Shown: positions 9,456-21,569 of the stretch, piece after piece
Layout of the letters: every line of letters starts with the position of its first letter
Numbering within the stretch: position 1 is the stretch's first letter
Source of the DNA: Bacteroidota bacterium
GTDB lineage: Bacteria; Bacteroidota; Bacteroidia; UKL13-3
Direction of reading: 5' to 3'
NCBI GenBank assembly: GCA_947491825.1
Contig: CANLLM010000005.1
Coordinates: 1 to 47,917, forward strand
DNA length: 47,917 nucleotides
Translations under genes and position numbers: made by a program
Notes under the pieces: generated by a model
Databases searched by the model: none
Seen by the model: the letters and a program-made list of their open reading frames with translations, nothing else
Told to the model about the DNA's origin: nothing

Positions 9456-12400
9456 TTGGCTAATAAAATGATGCAAACAGGAGAAAGAATTAATTTCTCA
9501 ACTGTTAAAAAGGTAATCGATTATCCGGATTTCTTGGATGTTCAATTAGAATCATTCAAGGAGTTTTTCCAACTCGATACCACATCGGAAAGCAGAGCAA
9601 ACGAAGGCCTGTACAAAGTGTTCCAGGAAAATTTTCCTATCACTGATACCCGAAATATTTTCGTATTAGAATTTCTTGATTACTTTGTTGATCCACCTCG
9701 CTACTCGATTGATGAGTGCATTGAGCGTGGTTTAACTTACAATGTTCCGTTAAAGGCTAAGTTGCGCTTATCGTGTAACGACCCTGAACATGAAGATTTC
9801 CAAACTATCGTGCAAGATGTGTACTTAGGTACCATTCCATACATGACACCAGGTGGGACTTTCTGTATTAACGGTGCTGAGCGAGTAATTGTTTCTCAAT
9901 TACATCGTTCACCTGGTGTGTTCTTCGGTCAAACCTATCACACCAACGGTACTAAGTTATACTCGGCTCGTGTTATTCCATTTAAAGGTAGCTGGATTGA
10001 GTTTGCAACAGACGTTAATAACGTTATGTATGCATACATCGACCGTAAGAAAAAATTCCCAGTTACAACATTATTGAGAGCTATTGGTTACGAAACTGAT
10101 AAAGACATTTTAAACTTATTTGACTTAGCTGAAGAAATTAAGGTAAGTAAATCAGGTTTGAAAAAAGCTGTTGGTCGTAAATTAGCTGCAAGGGTGCTAA
10201 AAACTTGGGTCGAAGATTTCGTAGATGAAGACACCGGTGAGGTAGTTTCCATAGAACGTAATGAAGTTATTATTGAGCGTGATACCGTTTTGGAAGATGA
10301 ACACATCGACCTTATCGTTGAAGCAGAAGTAAAAACCATTCTTCTTCATAAAAACGAATCAAACCACAACGACTTCGCTATCATCTTAAACACCTTACAA
10401 AAAGATACAGCAAACAGTGGTAAAGAAGCTCATGAGCATATTTACCGTCAATTGCGTAATGCAGATCCACCTGATGAGGAAACTGCACGTGGTGTAATTG
10501 ACAAATTATTCTTCTCTGATAAACGCTATGATTTAGGAGAAGTAGGTCGCTACCGCATAAACCGTAAGTTAAATCGTAACACCTCTTCTGAGGTACGCGT
10601 ATTAACAAAAGATGATATTGTAAGCATCATGAAATACTTAATTGAGTTATCAAATTCACGTGCAGATGTGGATGATATTGATCACTTGAGTAACAGACGT
10701 GTGCGTACAGTTGGCGAACAATTATACTCTCAATTTGGTGTAGGTTTAGCTCGGATGGCACGTACCATTCGTGAGCGTATGAACATCCGTGATAACGAGG
10801 TGTTTACTCCAGCCGATTTGATTAATGCAAAAACATTATCTTCTGTAATTAACTCGTTTTTTGGTACTAACCAATTATCGCAGTTTATGGATCAAACCAA
10901 TCCTTTGGCCGAAATCACCCACAAACGTAGGTTATCAGCCCTAGGTCCAGGTGGTCTTTCTCGTGATAGAGCAGGTTTCGAGGTTCGTGACGTTCACTAT
11001 ACGCACTACGGTCGTTTGTGTACAATTGAAACTCCTGAAGGTCCAAACATCGGTTTGATTTCATCATTATGTGTGCATGCCAAAATTAACGGTATGGGTT
11101 TCATCGAAACACCTTACCTAAAAGTTGAGAATGGAAAAGTTCGAATCGACCAACCGGTAACTTATTTAAGTGCCGAAGATGAAGAGGGCAAAACCATTGC
11201 ACAGTGCAATGCGGTGTATGATGAAAAAGGTAATTTTGCTACCCCTAAAGTGAAAGCTCGTTACGAAGGTGACTTCCCGATGGTGGAAGCTGAAAAATTG
11301 GAGTTTATGGATATTGCTCCTAACCAAATCGTTTCGATTGCTGCATCCATGATTCCTTTCCTTGAACATAATGATGCGAATCGTGCATTGATGGGATCGA
11401 ACATGCAACGTCAAGCAGTACCGTTATTAAAACCACAAGCTCCAGTTGTGGGTACAGGTTTAGAGGGCAAAATTGCCCGCGACTCTCGTACCATGATTGT
11501 TGCTGAAGGAACAGGTGTTATTGATTACGTAGATGCCAATAAAATTGTTGTTCGTTACGAACAATCGGAAGTAGATAAATTAGTAAGCTTTGGTACTGAT
11601 ACTAAAACTTACGACTTAATCAAATTCCGTAGAACCAATCAAAATACGTGTATCAACTTAAAACCAATTGTTAAAAAAGGTGATAAAGTTGAAAAAGGCA
11701 TGGTATTGTGTGATGGTTACGCTACCGAGAATGGTGAACTTGCTTTGGGTCGCAACTTAAAAGTTGCTTTCATGCCTTGGCAAGGTTTCAACTTCGAGGA
11801 TGCGATCGTAATTTCTGAACGCGTTGTAAAAGAAGATATCTTTACCTCTATTCACGTTACTGAATACGAATTAGAGGTTCGTGATACCAAACGTGGTGAA
11901 GAAGAATTAACAAATGACATTCCTAACGTAAGTGAAGATGCTACGCGTAACCTAGATGAAAACGGCTTGATCCGTGTGGGTTGTGAAGTAGCTGAAGGTG
12001 ATATTTTAATCGGTAAAATTACTCCTAAAGGAGAAACAGAGCCATCGCCTGAAGAGAAATTACTACGTGCTATTTTTGGAGACAAAGCTGGTGACGTAAA
12101 AGATGCTTCGCTTAAGGCACCTCCATCAACATCAGGTGTTGTTATCGAGAAAAAATTATTTGCACGTACCAAAAAAGATAAAACTGCTAAAGTTGACGAT
12201 AAAGCTAAAATAGCTAAGTTACACGATGAGCATGAGAAAAATGTTAAAGCTATTCAGCAAACATTAATCGAAAAATTATTTGCGGTACTTCAAGGTAAAA
12301 CTTCACAAGGTTTATTTAATGTATATGGTGAAGAGTTAATTGCAAAAGGAACGAAGTTTACAAACAAAAACCTTAGCGATATTGACTACACCCACATTAA

Positions 12401-13271
12401 TGCGAACAACTGGACAACAGACGCTGATAAAAATGAGCAGGTACGTTTGATTTTATCAAACTACAAAAATCGTTTAAATCAAGAGATTGCTGATTTCAGA
12501 CGTAAAGAGTTTGCAGTTCTTGTAGGAGATGAGTTGCCAACTGGTATTTTAAAACTTGCTAAAGTTTATATAGCCAACAAGCGTAAACTAAAAGTAGGTG
12601 ATAAGATGGCTGGTCGCCACGGTAACAAAGGTATAGTTGCACGTATTGTGCGTGACGAAGACTTACCGTTTATGGAAGATGGAACTCCTGTTGATATCGT
12701 ATTGAATCCACTAGGTGTACCTTCTCGTATGAACTTGGGTCAGATATACGAAACAGTACTAGGCTGGGCTGGTAAAGAATTAGGTTTAAAGTTCGCTACT
12801 CCAATTTTTGACGGTGCCACCGAAGAGCAAGTACTTGAATATTGCCATGAAGCTGGTATTCCTGAGTTTGGTCTTACCCAATTGTATGATGGTTTAAGTG
12901 GAGATAAATTCCACCAATCAGTTACAGTTGGTATTATCTACATGTTGAAATTAGGTCACATGGTTGATGATAAGATGCATGCTCGTTCTATCGGTCCATA
13001 CTCATTAATTACACAACAACCATTGGGTGGTAAAGCACAATTTGGTGGTCAACGTTTTGGTGAGATGGAGGTATGGGCACTTGAAGCATTTGGTGCAGCC
13101 AACATATTGCAAGAAATCTTAACCATTAAGTCGGATGATATTATTGGACGTGCTAAAACTTACGAAGCCATTGTTAAGGGAGATAACCTTCCTCAACCAG
13201 GACTTCCTGAGTCGTTCAACGTATTAATGCATGAGTTAAGAGGCTTAGGTCTTGATGTTACACTTGAATAA
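9456..13271 (+). CDS. rpoB: RNA polymerase beta subunit
   Basis: [34 protein letters not shown] start. Confidence 0.99.
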   Translation: MANKMMQTGERINFSTVKKVIDYPDFLDVQLESFKEFFQLDTTSESRANEGLYKVFQENFPITDTRNIFVLEFLDYFVDPPRYSIDECIERGLTYNVPLKAKLRLSCNDPEHEDFQTIVQDVYLGTIPYMTPGGTFCINGAERVIVSQLHRSPGVFFGQTYHTNGTKLYSARVIPFKGSWIEFATDVNNVMYAYIDRKKKFPVTTLLRAIGYETDKDILNLFDLAEEIKVSKSGLKKAVGRKLAARVLKTWVEDFVDEDTGEVVSIERNEVIIERDTVLEDEHIDLIVEAEVKTILLHKNESNHNDFAIILNTLQKDTANSGKEAHEHIYRQLRNADPPDEETARGVIDKLFFSDKRYDLGEVGRYRINRKLNRNTSSEVRVLTKDDIVSIMKYLIELSNSRADVDDIDHLSNRRVRTVGEQLYSQFGVGLARMARTIRERMNIRDNEVFTPADLINAKTLSSVINSFFGTNQLSQFMDQTNPLAEITHKRRLSALGPGGLSRDRAGFEVRDVHYTHYGRLCTIETPEGPNIGLISSLCVHAKINGMGFIETPYLKVENGKVRIDQPVTYLSAEDEEGKTIAQCNAVYDEKGNFATPKVKARYEGDFPMVEAEKLEFMDIAPNQIVSIAASMIPFLEHNDANRALMGSNMQRQAVPLLKPQAPVVGTGLEGKIARDSRTMIVAEGTGVIDYVDANKIVVRYEQSEVDKLVSFGTDTKTYDLIKFRRTNQNTCINLKPIVKKGDKVEKGMVLCDGYATENGELALGRNLKVAFMPWQGFNFEDAIVISERVVKEDIFTSIHVTEYELEVRDTKRGEEELTNDIPNVSEDATRNLDENGLIRVGCEVAEGDILIGKITPKGETEPSPEEKLLRAIFGDKAGDVKDASLKAPPSTSGVVIEKKLFARTKKDKTAKVDDKAKIAKLHDEHEKNVKAIQQTLIEKLFAVLQGKTSQGLFNVYGEELIAKGTKFTNKNLSDIDYTHINANNWTTDADKNEQVRLILSNYKNRLNQEIADFRRKEFAVLVGDELPTGILKLAKVYIANKRKLKVGDKMAGRHGNKGIVARIVRDEDLPFMEDGTPVDIVLNPLGVPSRMNLGQIYETVLGWAGKELGLKFATPIFDGATEEQVLEYCHEAGIPEFGLTQLYDGLSGDKFHQSVTVGIIYMLKLGHMVDDKMHARSIGPYSLITQQPLGGKAQFGGQRFGEMEVWALEAFGAANILQEILTIKSDDIIGRAKTYEAIVKGDNLPQPGLPESFNVLMHELRGLGLDVTLE

Positions 13272-13289
13272 TTACAGACAGCAACTAAT

Positions 13290-16200
13290 ATGTCAAAAAA
13301 AGATATCAAAATCAAAAGTAATTTCACCAAGATTCGTATTGGTTTGGCTTCGCCCGAATCAATACTTACAAGATCACACGGTGAGGTAACAAAACCCGAA
13401 ACGATAAACTATCGTAGCTTCAAACCTGAAATGGGTGGATTGTTTTGCGAGCGTATTTTCGGACCAATTAAAGATTACGAATGCCATTGCGGTAAATACA
13501 AACGTATTCGCTATAAAGGAATCGTATGCGATCGTTGCGGTGTAGAAGTTACTGAGAAAAAAGTAAGACGTGAGCGCATCGGACACATTAATCTTGTGGT
13601 GCCGGTAGCACATATCTGGTATTTCCGCTCGTTACCAAATAAAATTGGTTACTTGTTAGGTATACCAACAAAAAAACTAGACATGGTTGTATACTACGAA
13701 CGTTACGTAGTATGCCAACCTGGTCTTAAAGGAAACGATGGTGTGTTAATGCACGATTTGTTAACCGAAGAAGAATATTTAGATATTCTTGATACGTTAC
13801 CAAAAGATAACCAGCATTTAGATGATTTAGACCCTAATAAATTTATTGCCAAAATGGGCGGTGATGCTTTATGGTTTTTATTGTCTCGCATCAACCTGGA
13901 TAACTTAAGTTTCGACTTACGCAACAAGGCAAGTAATGAAACTTCACAACAACGTAAACAAGAAGCTTTAAAGCGTCTTAAAGTTGTAGAAGGTTTCCGC
14001 TCGGCTCAAGAAAACGGTGAAAACCGTCCTGAGTGGATGGTGGTAAAAATATTACCCGTTATTCCACCTGAATTGCGTCCGATAGTTCCACTAGAAGGTG
14101 GTCGTTTTGCTATAGTTCCTCTAGAAGGTGGCCGTTTTGCTACATCAGATTTAAATGATTTATACCGCAGAGTAATTATTCGTAACAACCGTTTAAAACG
14201 CTTAATGGAGATAAAAGCTCCTGAAGTGATTTTACGTAACGAGAAACGTATGTTACAAGAAGCGGTTGATTCATTATTTGATAATACAAGACGTGTGAGC
14301 GCAGTAAAAACAGAAGGTAATCGTCCTTTAAAATCTTTAAGCGATATGCTAAAAGGTAAACAAGGTCGTTTCCGTCAAAACTTACTAGGAAAACGTGTGG
14401 ATTATTCTGCTCGTTCTGTAATTGTGGTAGGACCAAACTTAAAATTACATGAGTGTGGTATTCCTAAAAACATGGCTGCAGAGTTATTCAAACCATTTAT
14501 CATACGTAAGTTACTTGAGCGTGGTATTGTAAAAACAGTTAAATCTGCAAAAAAATTAGTTGATAGAAAAGAAGCAGTAATTTGGGATATTTTAGAGAAC
14601 ATATTAAAAGGTCATCCAGTATTATTAAATCGTGCTCCTACCCTACACAGATTGGGTATACAATCATTCCAACCTAAATTGGTTGAGGGAAAAGCAATTC
14701 AACTTCACCCCTTAGTTTGTACGGGTTTTAATGCGGATTTTGACGGTGACCAGATGGCTGTTCACGTTCCCCTGGGTAACGCAGCAATTTTGGAAGCTCA
14801 AGTTTTAATGCTTGCATCACACAATATTCTTAACCCTGCTAACGGTGCTCCTATTGCGGTGCCTTCTCAAGATATGGTTTTGGGTCTTTATTACATTACT
14901 AAAGGCCGTAAATCTATTGAAGAAAACCCTGTTAAAGGTGAAGATCTAGCGTTTTATAGCGCTGAAGAAGCAATGATAGCATTTAACGAAAAGCGTGTTG
15001 ATTTGCATGCCAACGTAAAATGTCGTGTAATGGTTAAAGAAGACGGTGGGTTAACATACAAACTTACTGAAACAACCATGGGTCGTATCTTATTTAACAA
15101 CGTGGTGCCAACAGAATATGGTTACATCAATGAACTGTTAACGAAGAAAAACTTACGTGACATCATTGGTAGCATTATTAAAGAGTGCGGTATGGATGTG
15201 GCGGCTAAATTCTTGGATGATATCAAAGAACTAGGTTACCATTATGCATTTAAAGGTGGACTTTCATTTAACTTGAAATACGTAATGATTCCTAAAGAAA
15301 AGGGAGAATTCGTTCAGCAAGCAATGGATGAGGTTGATGAAATTTGGAATAACTACAACAATGGTTTTATTACAAACAATGAGCGATACAACCAGGTAAT
15401 TGATATCTGGACTCGTATTAACTCGCGTTTGGCAGATACTGTTTTAAAACAGTTGAAAGACGACCGCCAAGGATTCAACCCAATTTATATGATGTTGGAT
15501 TCTGGAGCACGTGGTAGTAAAGAACAAATTCGTCAGTTAGGCGGCATGAGGGGATTGATGGCAAAACCGCAGAAAAACTTAAGTGGTGGAACTGGTGAGA
15601 TTATCGAGAATCCAATTTTATCTAATTTTAAAGAAGGTTTATCGGTAATTGAATACTTTATCTCTACCCACGGTGCTCGTAAAGGTTTGGCGGATACAGC
15701 GTTAAAAACAGCGGATGCGGGTTACTTAACACGTAGGTTACATGACGTTTCTCAAGATGTAGTAGTTAATGAGCCCGATTGTGGTACCCTACGTGGTATT
15801 GTAATGAGTGCTTTAAAAGATAATGAAGAAGTTGTAGAAACTTTATACGAACGTATATTAGGTCGTACCAGTTTACACGATGTAATCGATCCATTAACTA
15901 ATGAAGTGTACTGCCATAGTGGTGATGAGATTACGGAAGAAATCGGAACCAAAATAGAAGCCTCTCCTGTTGAACAAGTTGAGATACGCTCGGTATTAAC
16001 CTGCCAATCTAAATATGGTGTTTGTGCGAAATGTTATGGCCGTAACTTGGCTACATCTCGTATGGCACAACGTGGAGATGCCGTAGGTGTTATTGCAGCT
16101 CAATCAATTGGTGAACCAGGAACACAGTTAACGTTACGTACATTCCACGTGGGTGGTACTGCATCTAACATTGCAACAGAAAGTCAAATGAATGCCAAAT

Positions 16201-17591
16201 TTGGTGGTGTATTGGAGTTCGAAGAAATTAGAACTACACCAATGAACACTGAAGACGGTCCTGCAGAGGTAGTTATTGGTCGTCAGGGTGAAGTTCGAAT
16301 TTTGGATGAAAAGACGCGTGTTACTATCATCACCGTTAATATTCCTTATGGTGCACACCTTTTTGTTAAAAATGGCCAAAAATTAGAAAAAGGCGAACGT
16401 CTTTACACTTGGGATCCATACAATGCGGTTATCATTACAGAATCTGCTGGTAAGGTAAAGTTCGAAAATATAATCGAGAACGTTACCTTTAAGGAAGAAA
16501 GCGATGAGCAAACAGGTCACAAAGAAAAAGTAATTATCGAGTCGAAAGACAAAACTAAAATTCCATCAATTATCGTTAGCGATAAAAAAGGTGAAAACAC
16601 TAAGGAATATAATATTCCTGCAGGAGCTCACATTGTGGTGGAACAAGGTACAACAGTAATTGCTGGCCAAATATTAGTAAAAATACCTCGTGTTGTTGGT
16701 AAAACACGTGATATTACAGGAGGTTTACCACGTGTTACCGAATTATTCGAGGCACGTAACCCATCAAACCCAGCGGTAGTTACCGAAATTGATGGTGTGG
16801 TAAGCTTTGGTGGTATTAAACGTGGTAACCGTGAGGTGATGATTACATCAAAAGATGGCGAACAAAAGAAATACATGGTATCACTTTCTAAGCACATTTT
16901 AGTGCAGGAAAACGATTTCGTGAAAGCAGGTTCTCCGCTATCTGATGGTGCTATCAGCCCGCAAGATATTTTACGAATTGAAGGTCCTTTGGCTGTGCAA
17001 CGTTATATCCTAAACGGTATCCAAGAAGTTTACCGCTTACAAGGTGTAAAAATCAACGATAAACACATTGAAACCATTGTGCGTCAAATGATGCAAAAAG
17101 TGGAAGTAATTGATGCCGGTGATACTTTATTCCTTGAAGGAGAAAACATCGATCGTTGGACATTTAAGGAGACCAATGATTGGATTTTTGACAAGAAAGT
17201 TGTGGTTGAATCAGGTGATTCTTCATCATTAAAACCAGGACAAATTGTAAGCGTACGTAAATTACGTGATGAAAATTCAATGTTAAAACGCAAAGCCTTA
17301 AGCATAGTAGAAGCCCGAGATGCACAACCTGCAACAGGTGCCCAAATTATTCAAGGTATAACGCGTGCATCATTAGGTACACATAGTTTCTTAAGTGCTG
17401 CATCGTTCCAGGAAACAACTAAAGTATTAAACGAAGCTGCTATATCTGGTAAAGTGGATCACATGTTAGGCTTGAAAGAGAATATCATCGTAGGTCACTT
17501 AATACCAGCAGGTACAGGTTTACGTGAATACGAAAAATTAGTTGTAGGTTCTAAAGAAGAATACGAAATGCTAATGGCTTCTAAAGGCTAA
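13290..17591 (+). CDS. rpoC: RNA polymerase beta' subunit (with an in-frame 10-aa duplication)
   Basis: Zn-binding cysteines, NADFDGD active site. [10 protein letters not shown] is present twice. Confidence 0.99.
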   Translation: MSKKDIKIKSNFTKIRIGLASPESILTRSHGEVTKPETINYRSFKPEMGGLFCERIFGPIKDYECHCGKYKRIRYKGIVCDRCGVEVTEKKVRRERIGHINLVVPVAHIWYFRSLPNKIGYLLGIPTKKLDMVVYYERYVVCQPGLKGNDGVLMHDLLTEEEYLDILDTLPKDNQHLDDLDPNKFIAKMGGDALWFLLSRINLDNLSFDLRNKASNETSQQRKQEALKRLKVVEGFRSAQENGENRPEWMVVKILPVIPPELRPIVPLEGGRFAIVPLEGGRFATSDLNDLYRRVIIRNNRLKRLMEIKAPEVILRNEKRMLQEAVDSLFDNTRRVSAVKTEGNRPLKSLSDMLKGKQGRFRQNLLGKRVDYSARSVIVVGPNLKLHECGIPKNMAAELFKPFIIRKLLERGIVKTVKSAKKLVDRKEAVIWDILENILKGHPVLLNRAPTLHRLGIQSFQPKLVEGKAIQLHPLVCTGFNADFDGDQMAVHVPLGNAAILEAQVLMLASHNILNPANGAPIAVPSQDMVLGLYYITKGRKSIEENPVKGEDLAFYSAEEAMIAFNEKRVDLHANVKCRVMVKEDGGLTYKLTETTMGRILFNNVVPTEYGYINELLTKKNLRDIIGSIIKECGMDVAAKFLDDIKELGYHYAFKGGLSFNLKYVMIPKEKGEFVQQAMDEVDEIWNNYNNGFITNNERYNQVIDIWTRINSRLADTVLKQLKDDRQGFNPIYMMLDSGARGSKEQIRQLGGMRGLMAKPQKNLSGGTGEIIENPILSNFKEGLSVIEYFISTHGARKGLADTALKTADAGYLTRRLHDVSQDVVVNEPDCGTLRGIVMSALKDNEEVVETLYERILGRTSLHDVIDPLTNEVYCHSGDEITEEIGTKIEASPVEQVEIRSVLTCQSKYGVCAKCYGRNLATSRMAQRGDAVGVIAAQSIGEPGTQLTLRTFHVGGTASNIATESQMNAKFGGVLEFEEIRTTPMNTEDGPAEVVIGRQGEVRILDEKTRVTIITVNIPYGAHLFVKNGQKLEKGERLYTWDPYNAVIITESAGKVKFENIIENVTFKEESDEQTGHKEKVIIESKDKTKIPSIIVSDKKGENTKEYNIPAGAHIVVEQGTTVIAGQILVKIPRVVGKTRDITGGLPRVTELFEARNPSNPAVVTEIDGVVSFGGIKRGNREVMITSKDGEQKKYMVSLSKHILVQENDFVKAGSPLSDGAISPQDILRIEGPLAVQRYILNGIQEVYRLQGVKINDKHIETIVRQMMQKVEVIDAGDTLFLEGENIDRWTFKETNDWIFDKKVVVESGDSSSLKPGQIVSVRKLRDENSMLKRKALSIVEARDAQPATGAQIIQGITRASLGTHSFLSAASFQETTKVLNEAAISGKVDHMLGLKENIIVGHLIPAGTGLREYEKLVVGSKEEYEMLMASKG
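14082..14141 (+). repeat. 30-bp tandem duplication in rpoC (2 synonymous differences)
   Basis: ATAGTTCCACTAGAAGGTGGTCGTTTTGCT followed by ATAGTTCCTCTAGAAGGTGGCCGTTTTGCT. Confidence 0.97.
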
Positions 17592-17614
17592 TAACGTTAG
17601 TAAATATTATTTAC

Positions 17615-17650
17615 AAAGGCAGTGATGAATTTCTCACTGCCTTTTTTATT
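17615..17650 (+). terminator. Intrinsic terminator after rpoC
   Basis: AAAGGCAGTGA...TCACTGCCTTT plus T run. Confidence 0.85.
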
Positions 17651-17689
17651 TTTGAATAATTCTAAATCAATTTAACAACCTCAAAAAAA

Positions 17690-18001
17690 ATGGAACCCAC
17701 AAATAACGAAACCCAATTAAACATAGAGTTAAGCGAAGAAATGGCCGAAGGCACATACAGTAACTTAGCCATTATAACCCATAGTAATGCCGAGTTTGTG
17801 CTTGATTTTATTCGTGTAATGCCAGGTGTACCTAAAGCAAAAGTCAAATCAAGAATCGTACTTACCCCTCAGCATGCCAAAAGACTATTGTTGGCTTTGG
17901 GTGATAATATTTTAAAATACGAAGAACAAAACGGCACCATCGATTTACACGACTCTCCACCATTTCCAATGAATTTTGGTGGACCTACTGCACAAGCATA
18001 A
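17690..18001 (+). CDS. DUF3467 family protein
   Basis: GTYSNLAIITHS..EFVLDF..MPGVPKAKVKSRIVLTPQHAKRL. Usual neighbour of rpoC in Bacteroidota. Confidence 0.9.
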   Translation: MEPTNNETQLNIELSEEMAEGTYSNLAIITHSNAEFVLDFIRVMPGVPKAKVKSRIVLTPQHAKRLLLALGDNILKYEEQNGTIDLHDSPPFPMNFGGPTAQA

Positions 18002-18047
18002 AAATAAAAAACAGCCGTATCACTAATCATACGGCTGTTTTTTATTT
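18002..18047 (+). terminator. Intrinsic terminator after the DUF3467 gene
   Basis: AAAAAACAGCCGTAT...ATACGGCTGTTTTTT. Confidence 0.85.
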
Positions 18048-18098
18048 GAATTGAATCGTCCCTTTTCAAATTAAATTAGCCATTTTTATTCCTTTAAT

Positions 18099-18106
18099 TA
18101 TCTTTG
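18099..18106 (+). promoter_or_regulatory. -7 promoter element for carA-eno
   Basis: TATCTTTG, 17 nt before the TTG start. Confidence 0.55.
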
Positions 18107-18123
18107 CCAAAATCTAAACTACC

Positions 18124-19224
18124 TTGAATAAATCCATCAATAAATTCCCAGCTGTTTTAGTTTTAGCAGACGGTACAGTATTCAAAGGCACCTCGATTGG
18201 TAAAATCGGAACCACTACCGGTGAAATTTGTTTTAATACAGGAATGACCGGTTACCAAGAAGTGTTCACAGACCCATCTTACTTTGGCCAAATATTATTG
18301 CAAACCAATGTACATATTGGTAACTATGGTATTCATGCCGAAGAGGTAGAATCTGATGATATTAAGATTGCCGGCTTGGTATGTAAACAGTTTAACGTAC
18401 CTTATTCGCGTAAAATGGCCGGTATGAGTGTGCAAGATTATTTCACTTTAAATAATGTTGTAGGAATAACGGATATAGACACCCGTGAGGTGGTGATGCA
18501 CGTGCGCAGTAAAGGTGCAATGAATGCCATCATATCTGCCGAAGACAAAACAGTTGAAGAACTACTGCATGAGCTAAACAATGTTCCTTCAATGGAAGGA
18601 TTAGAGCTTTCATCAAAAGTATCAACCCAACAAACTTACTACATGGGCAATCCGGAAGCCTCCAAGCGTGTAGCTGTATTAGACTTTGGCGTTAAGAAAA
18701 ATATTTTACGTTGCTTGGTAGACAGAGATTGCTACCTGGGTGTGTTTAACGGCAAAACCAACTTTGAAGAAATCATGAAATTTAAACCAGATGGTATTAT
18801 GCTAAGTAATGGCCCCGGTGATCCAGCTACCATGACTTATGCAGTTGATACCGTTAAAACCATCTTGGCTAATAATATACCTACTTTTGGTATATGCTTA
18901 GGTCACCAGATATTGGCCGAAGCAAATGGTATTGCTACTTTTAAAATGCATAACGGCCACAGGGGAATGAATCACCCGGTGAAAAACCTGATTACCGGTT
19001 TATGCGAAGTTACGTCTCAAAATCATGGATTTAGTGTTAGGGCCGAAGATGTTGAAAAAACGCCAAATGTAGAAATTACCCACATTAACCTAAATGATGA
19101 CACGGTTGAAGGTATTCGTATAAAAGATAAAAAAGCATTCTCGGTACAATATCACCCAGAAGCAGCTCCTGGACCTCATGATAGTAGGTATTTATTTGAT
19201 GATTTCATCAAATTAATGCACTAA
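18124..19224 (+). CDS. carA: Carbamoyl-phosphate synthase small subunit
   Basis: FNTGMTGYQE, SNGPGDP, FGICLGHQ, QYHPEA. Confidence 0.98.
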   Translation: MNKSINKFPAVLVLADGTVFKGTSIGKIGTTTGEICFNTGMTGYQEVFTDPSYFGQILLQTNVHIGNYGIHAEEVESDDIKIAGLVCKQFNVPYSRKMAGMSVQDYFTLNNVVGITDIDTREVVMHVRSKGAMNAIISAEDKTVEELLHELNNVPSMEGLELSSKVSTQQTYYMGNPEASKRVAVLDFGVKKNILRCLVDRDCYLGVFNGKTNFEEIMKFKPDGIMLSNGPGDPATMTYAVDTVKTILANNIPTFGICLGHQILAEANGIATFKMHNGHRGMNHPVKNLITGLCEVTSQNHGFSVRAEDVEKTPNVEITHINLNDDTVEGIRIKDKKAFSVQYHPEAAPGPHDSRYLFDDFIKLMH

Positions 19225-19253
19225 TCCAACCCGTAATTTCATACAATAATTAA

Positions 19254-20555
<1,302 letters not shown>

Positions 20556-20577
20556 TAACTTATAAATAGTTACACTT

Positions 20578-20611
20578 ACGCCCCGCAGCAAATAAGCCAC
20601 GGGGCGTTTTT
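20578..20611 (+). terminator. Intrinsic terminator after eno
   Basis: ACGCCCCG...CGGGGCGT plus TTTT. Confidence 0.75.
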
Positions 20612-20704
20612 ATTTGGAGTTGATGTAAATAATGTTAGTCAGATTTAGTATTTATGTTTACATCATTTAAAAACATCGAACTAAAATTATTTACTTTTGA
20701 AGTT

Positions 20705-21007
20705 ATGAAGTTTAACTGGGCTAAGTTAATTACCAACAAATACATGATTGCCACGCTGGCATTTGTGGCTTTGCTGTTTTTTTCAGATAGAAATAATGTG
20801 ATAGACCAATATAAACTGCGCAAACAGCATAACAAGGTAAAGGCAGAACATAAGTTTTACCTGAAACAAATAGAGGATGCAAAAAAACAACGTGATGAAC
20901 TTTTTACTAGCGATAAGAATTTAGAAAAATTTGCACGCGAAAAATACTTGATGAAAAAAGAAGATGAAGACGTTTTCGTATTCGTTAAAAAAGATTCTTT
21001 AAAATAA
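20705..21007 (+). CDS. FtsB/DivIC-like septum formation initiator
   Basis: One TM helix, coiled coil, LEKFAREKYLMKKEDEDVF motif, downstream of eno. Start moved to ATG 20705. Confidence 0.85.
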   Translation: MKFNWAKLITNKYMIATLAFVALLFFSDRNNVIDQYKLRKQHNKVKAEHKFYLKQIEDAKKQRDELFTSDKNLEKFAREKYLMKKEDEDVFVFVKKDSLK

Positions 21008-21013
21008 ATACGT

Positions 21014-21487
21014 TTATTTGTCTTCGAATGTTGGTGATTTTCTTCTTTGCATTTCTTGAACTTTCTCAGCAGAATGAGAACTTTCACTTGGTTTGTACCC
21101 CTGTATGGCGAGGTATGCCCAACCAGCAACAAAACTTACTCCACCAAAAGGAGCAATCATACCAAACCAATCTAAACGTCCACTAGCCCATATTGTACTT
21201 GTTGATAGCAAATATAAACTTCCACTAAAAAATATAATGCCTAAAACAAATAGCGTTAAAGCTACTTTAGCTATATTTTCTTTAATCCTTCTCATGCCTA
21301 ACCCAATTGCAAACAAGGCAAATGCATGGTAAAATTGATACGATACTGCAGTTTGATAAATTTCGTAATTTACAGAATCAAGCTTTTCTTTGATAGCATG
21401 TGAGCCAAATGCTCCTGCAACAACAGCTAATCCCGCAAAGGCCGCTCCTATTTGAAAAAGTTGTTTTTGAAGTGTAGAGTTTGTCAT
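21014..21487 (-). CDS. DUF423 (YgdD/TMEM256-like) membrane protein
   Basis: GAFGSH, YQFYHA, FSGSLY, PFGG motifs. Confidence 0.9.
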   Translation of the reverse strand: MTNSTLQKQLFQIGAAFAGLAVVAGAFGSHAIKEKLDSVNYEIYQTAVSYQFYHAFALFAIGLGMRRIKENIAKVALTLFVLGIIFFSGSLYLLSTSTIWASGRLDWFGMIAPFGGVSFVAGWAYLAIQGYKPSESSHSAEKVQEMQRRKSPTFEDK

Positions 21488-21569
21488 ATGTTTAACAATA
21501 AACCTGTGTAAAAACTAGTGCTTACAAGCTCTTAAACCTACTAAATTTGATAAAAGACCCCCATCCAAA

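Noticed and set aside
10870-10960. Rifampicin-resistance substitutions in rpoB
   Set aside because: Cluster I reads [23 protein letters not shown] with the sensitive Q, D, H and S residues.
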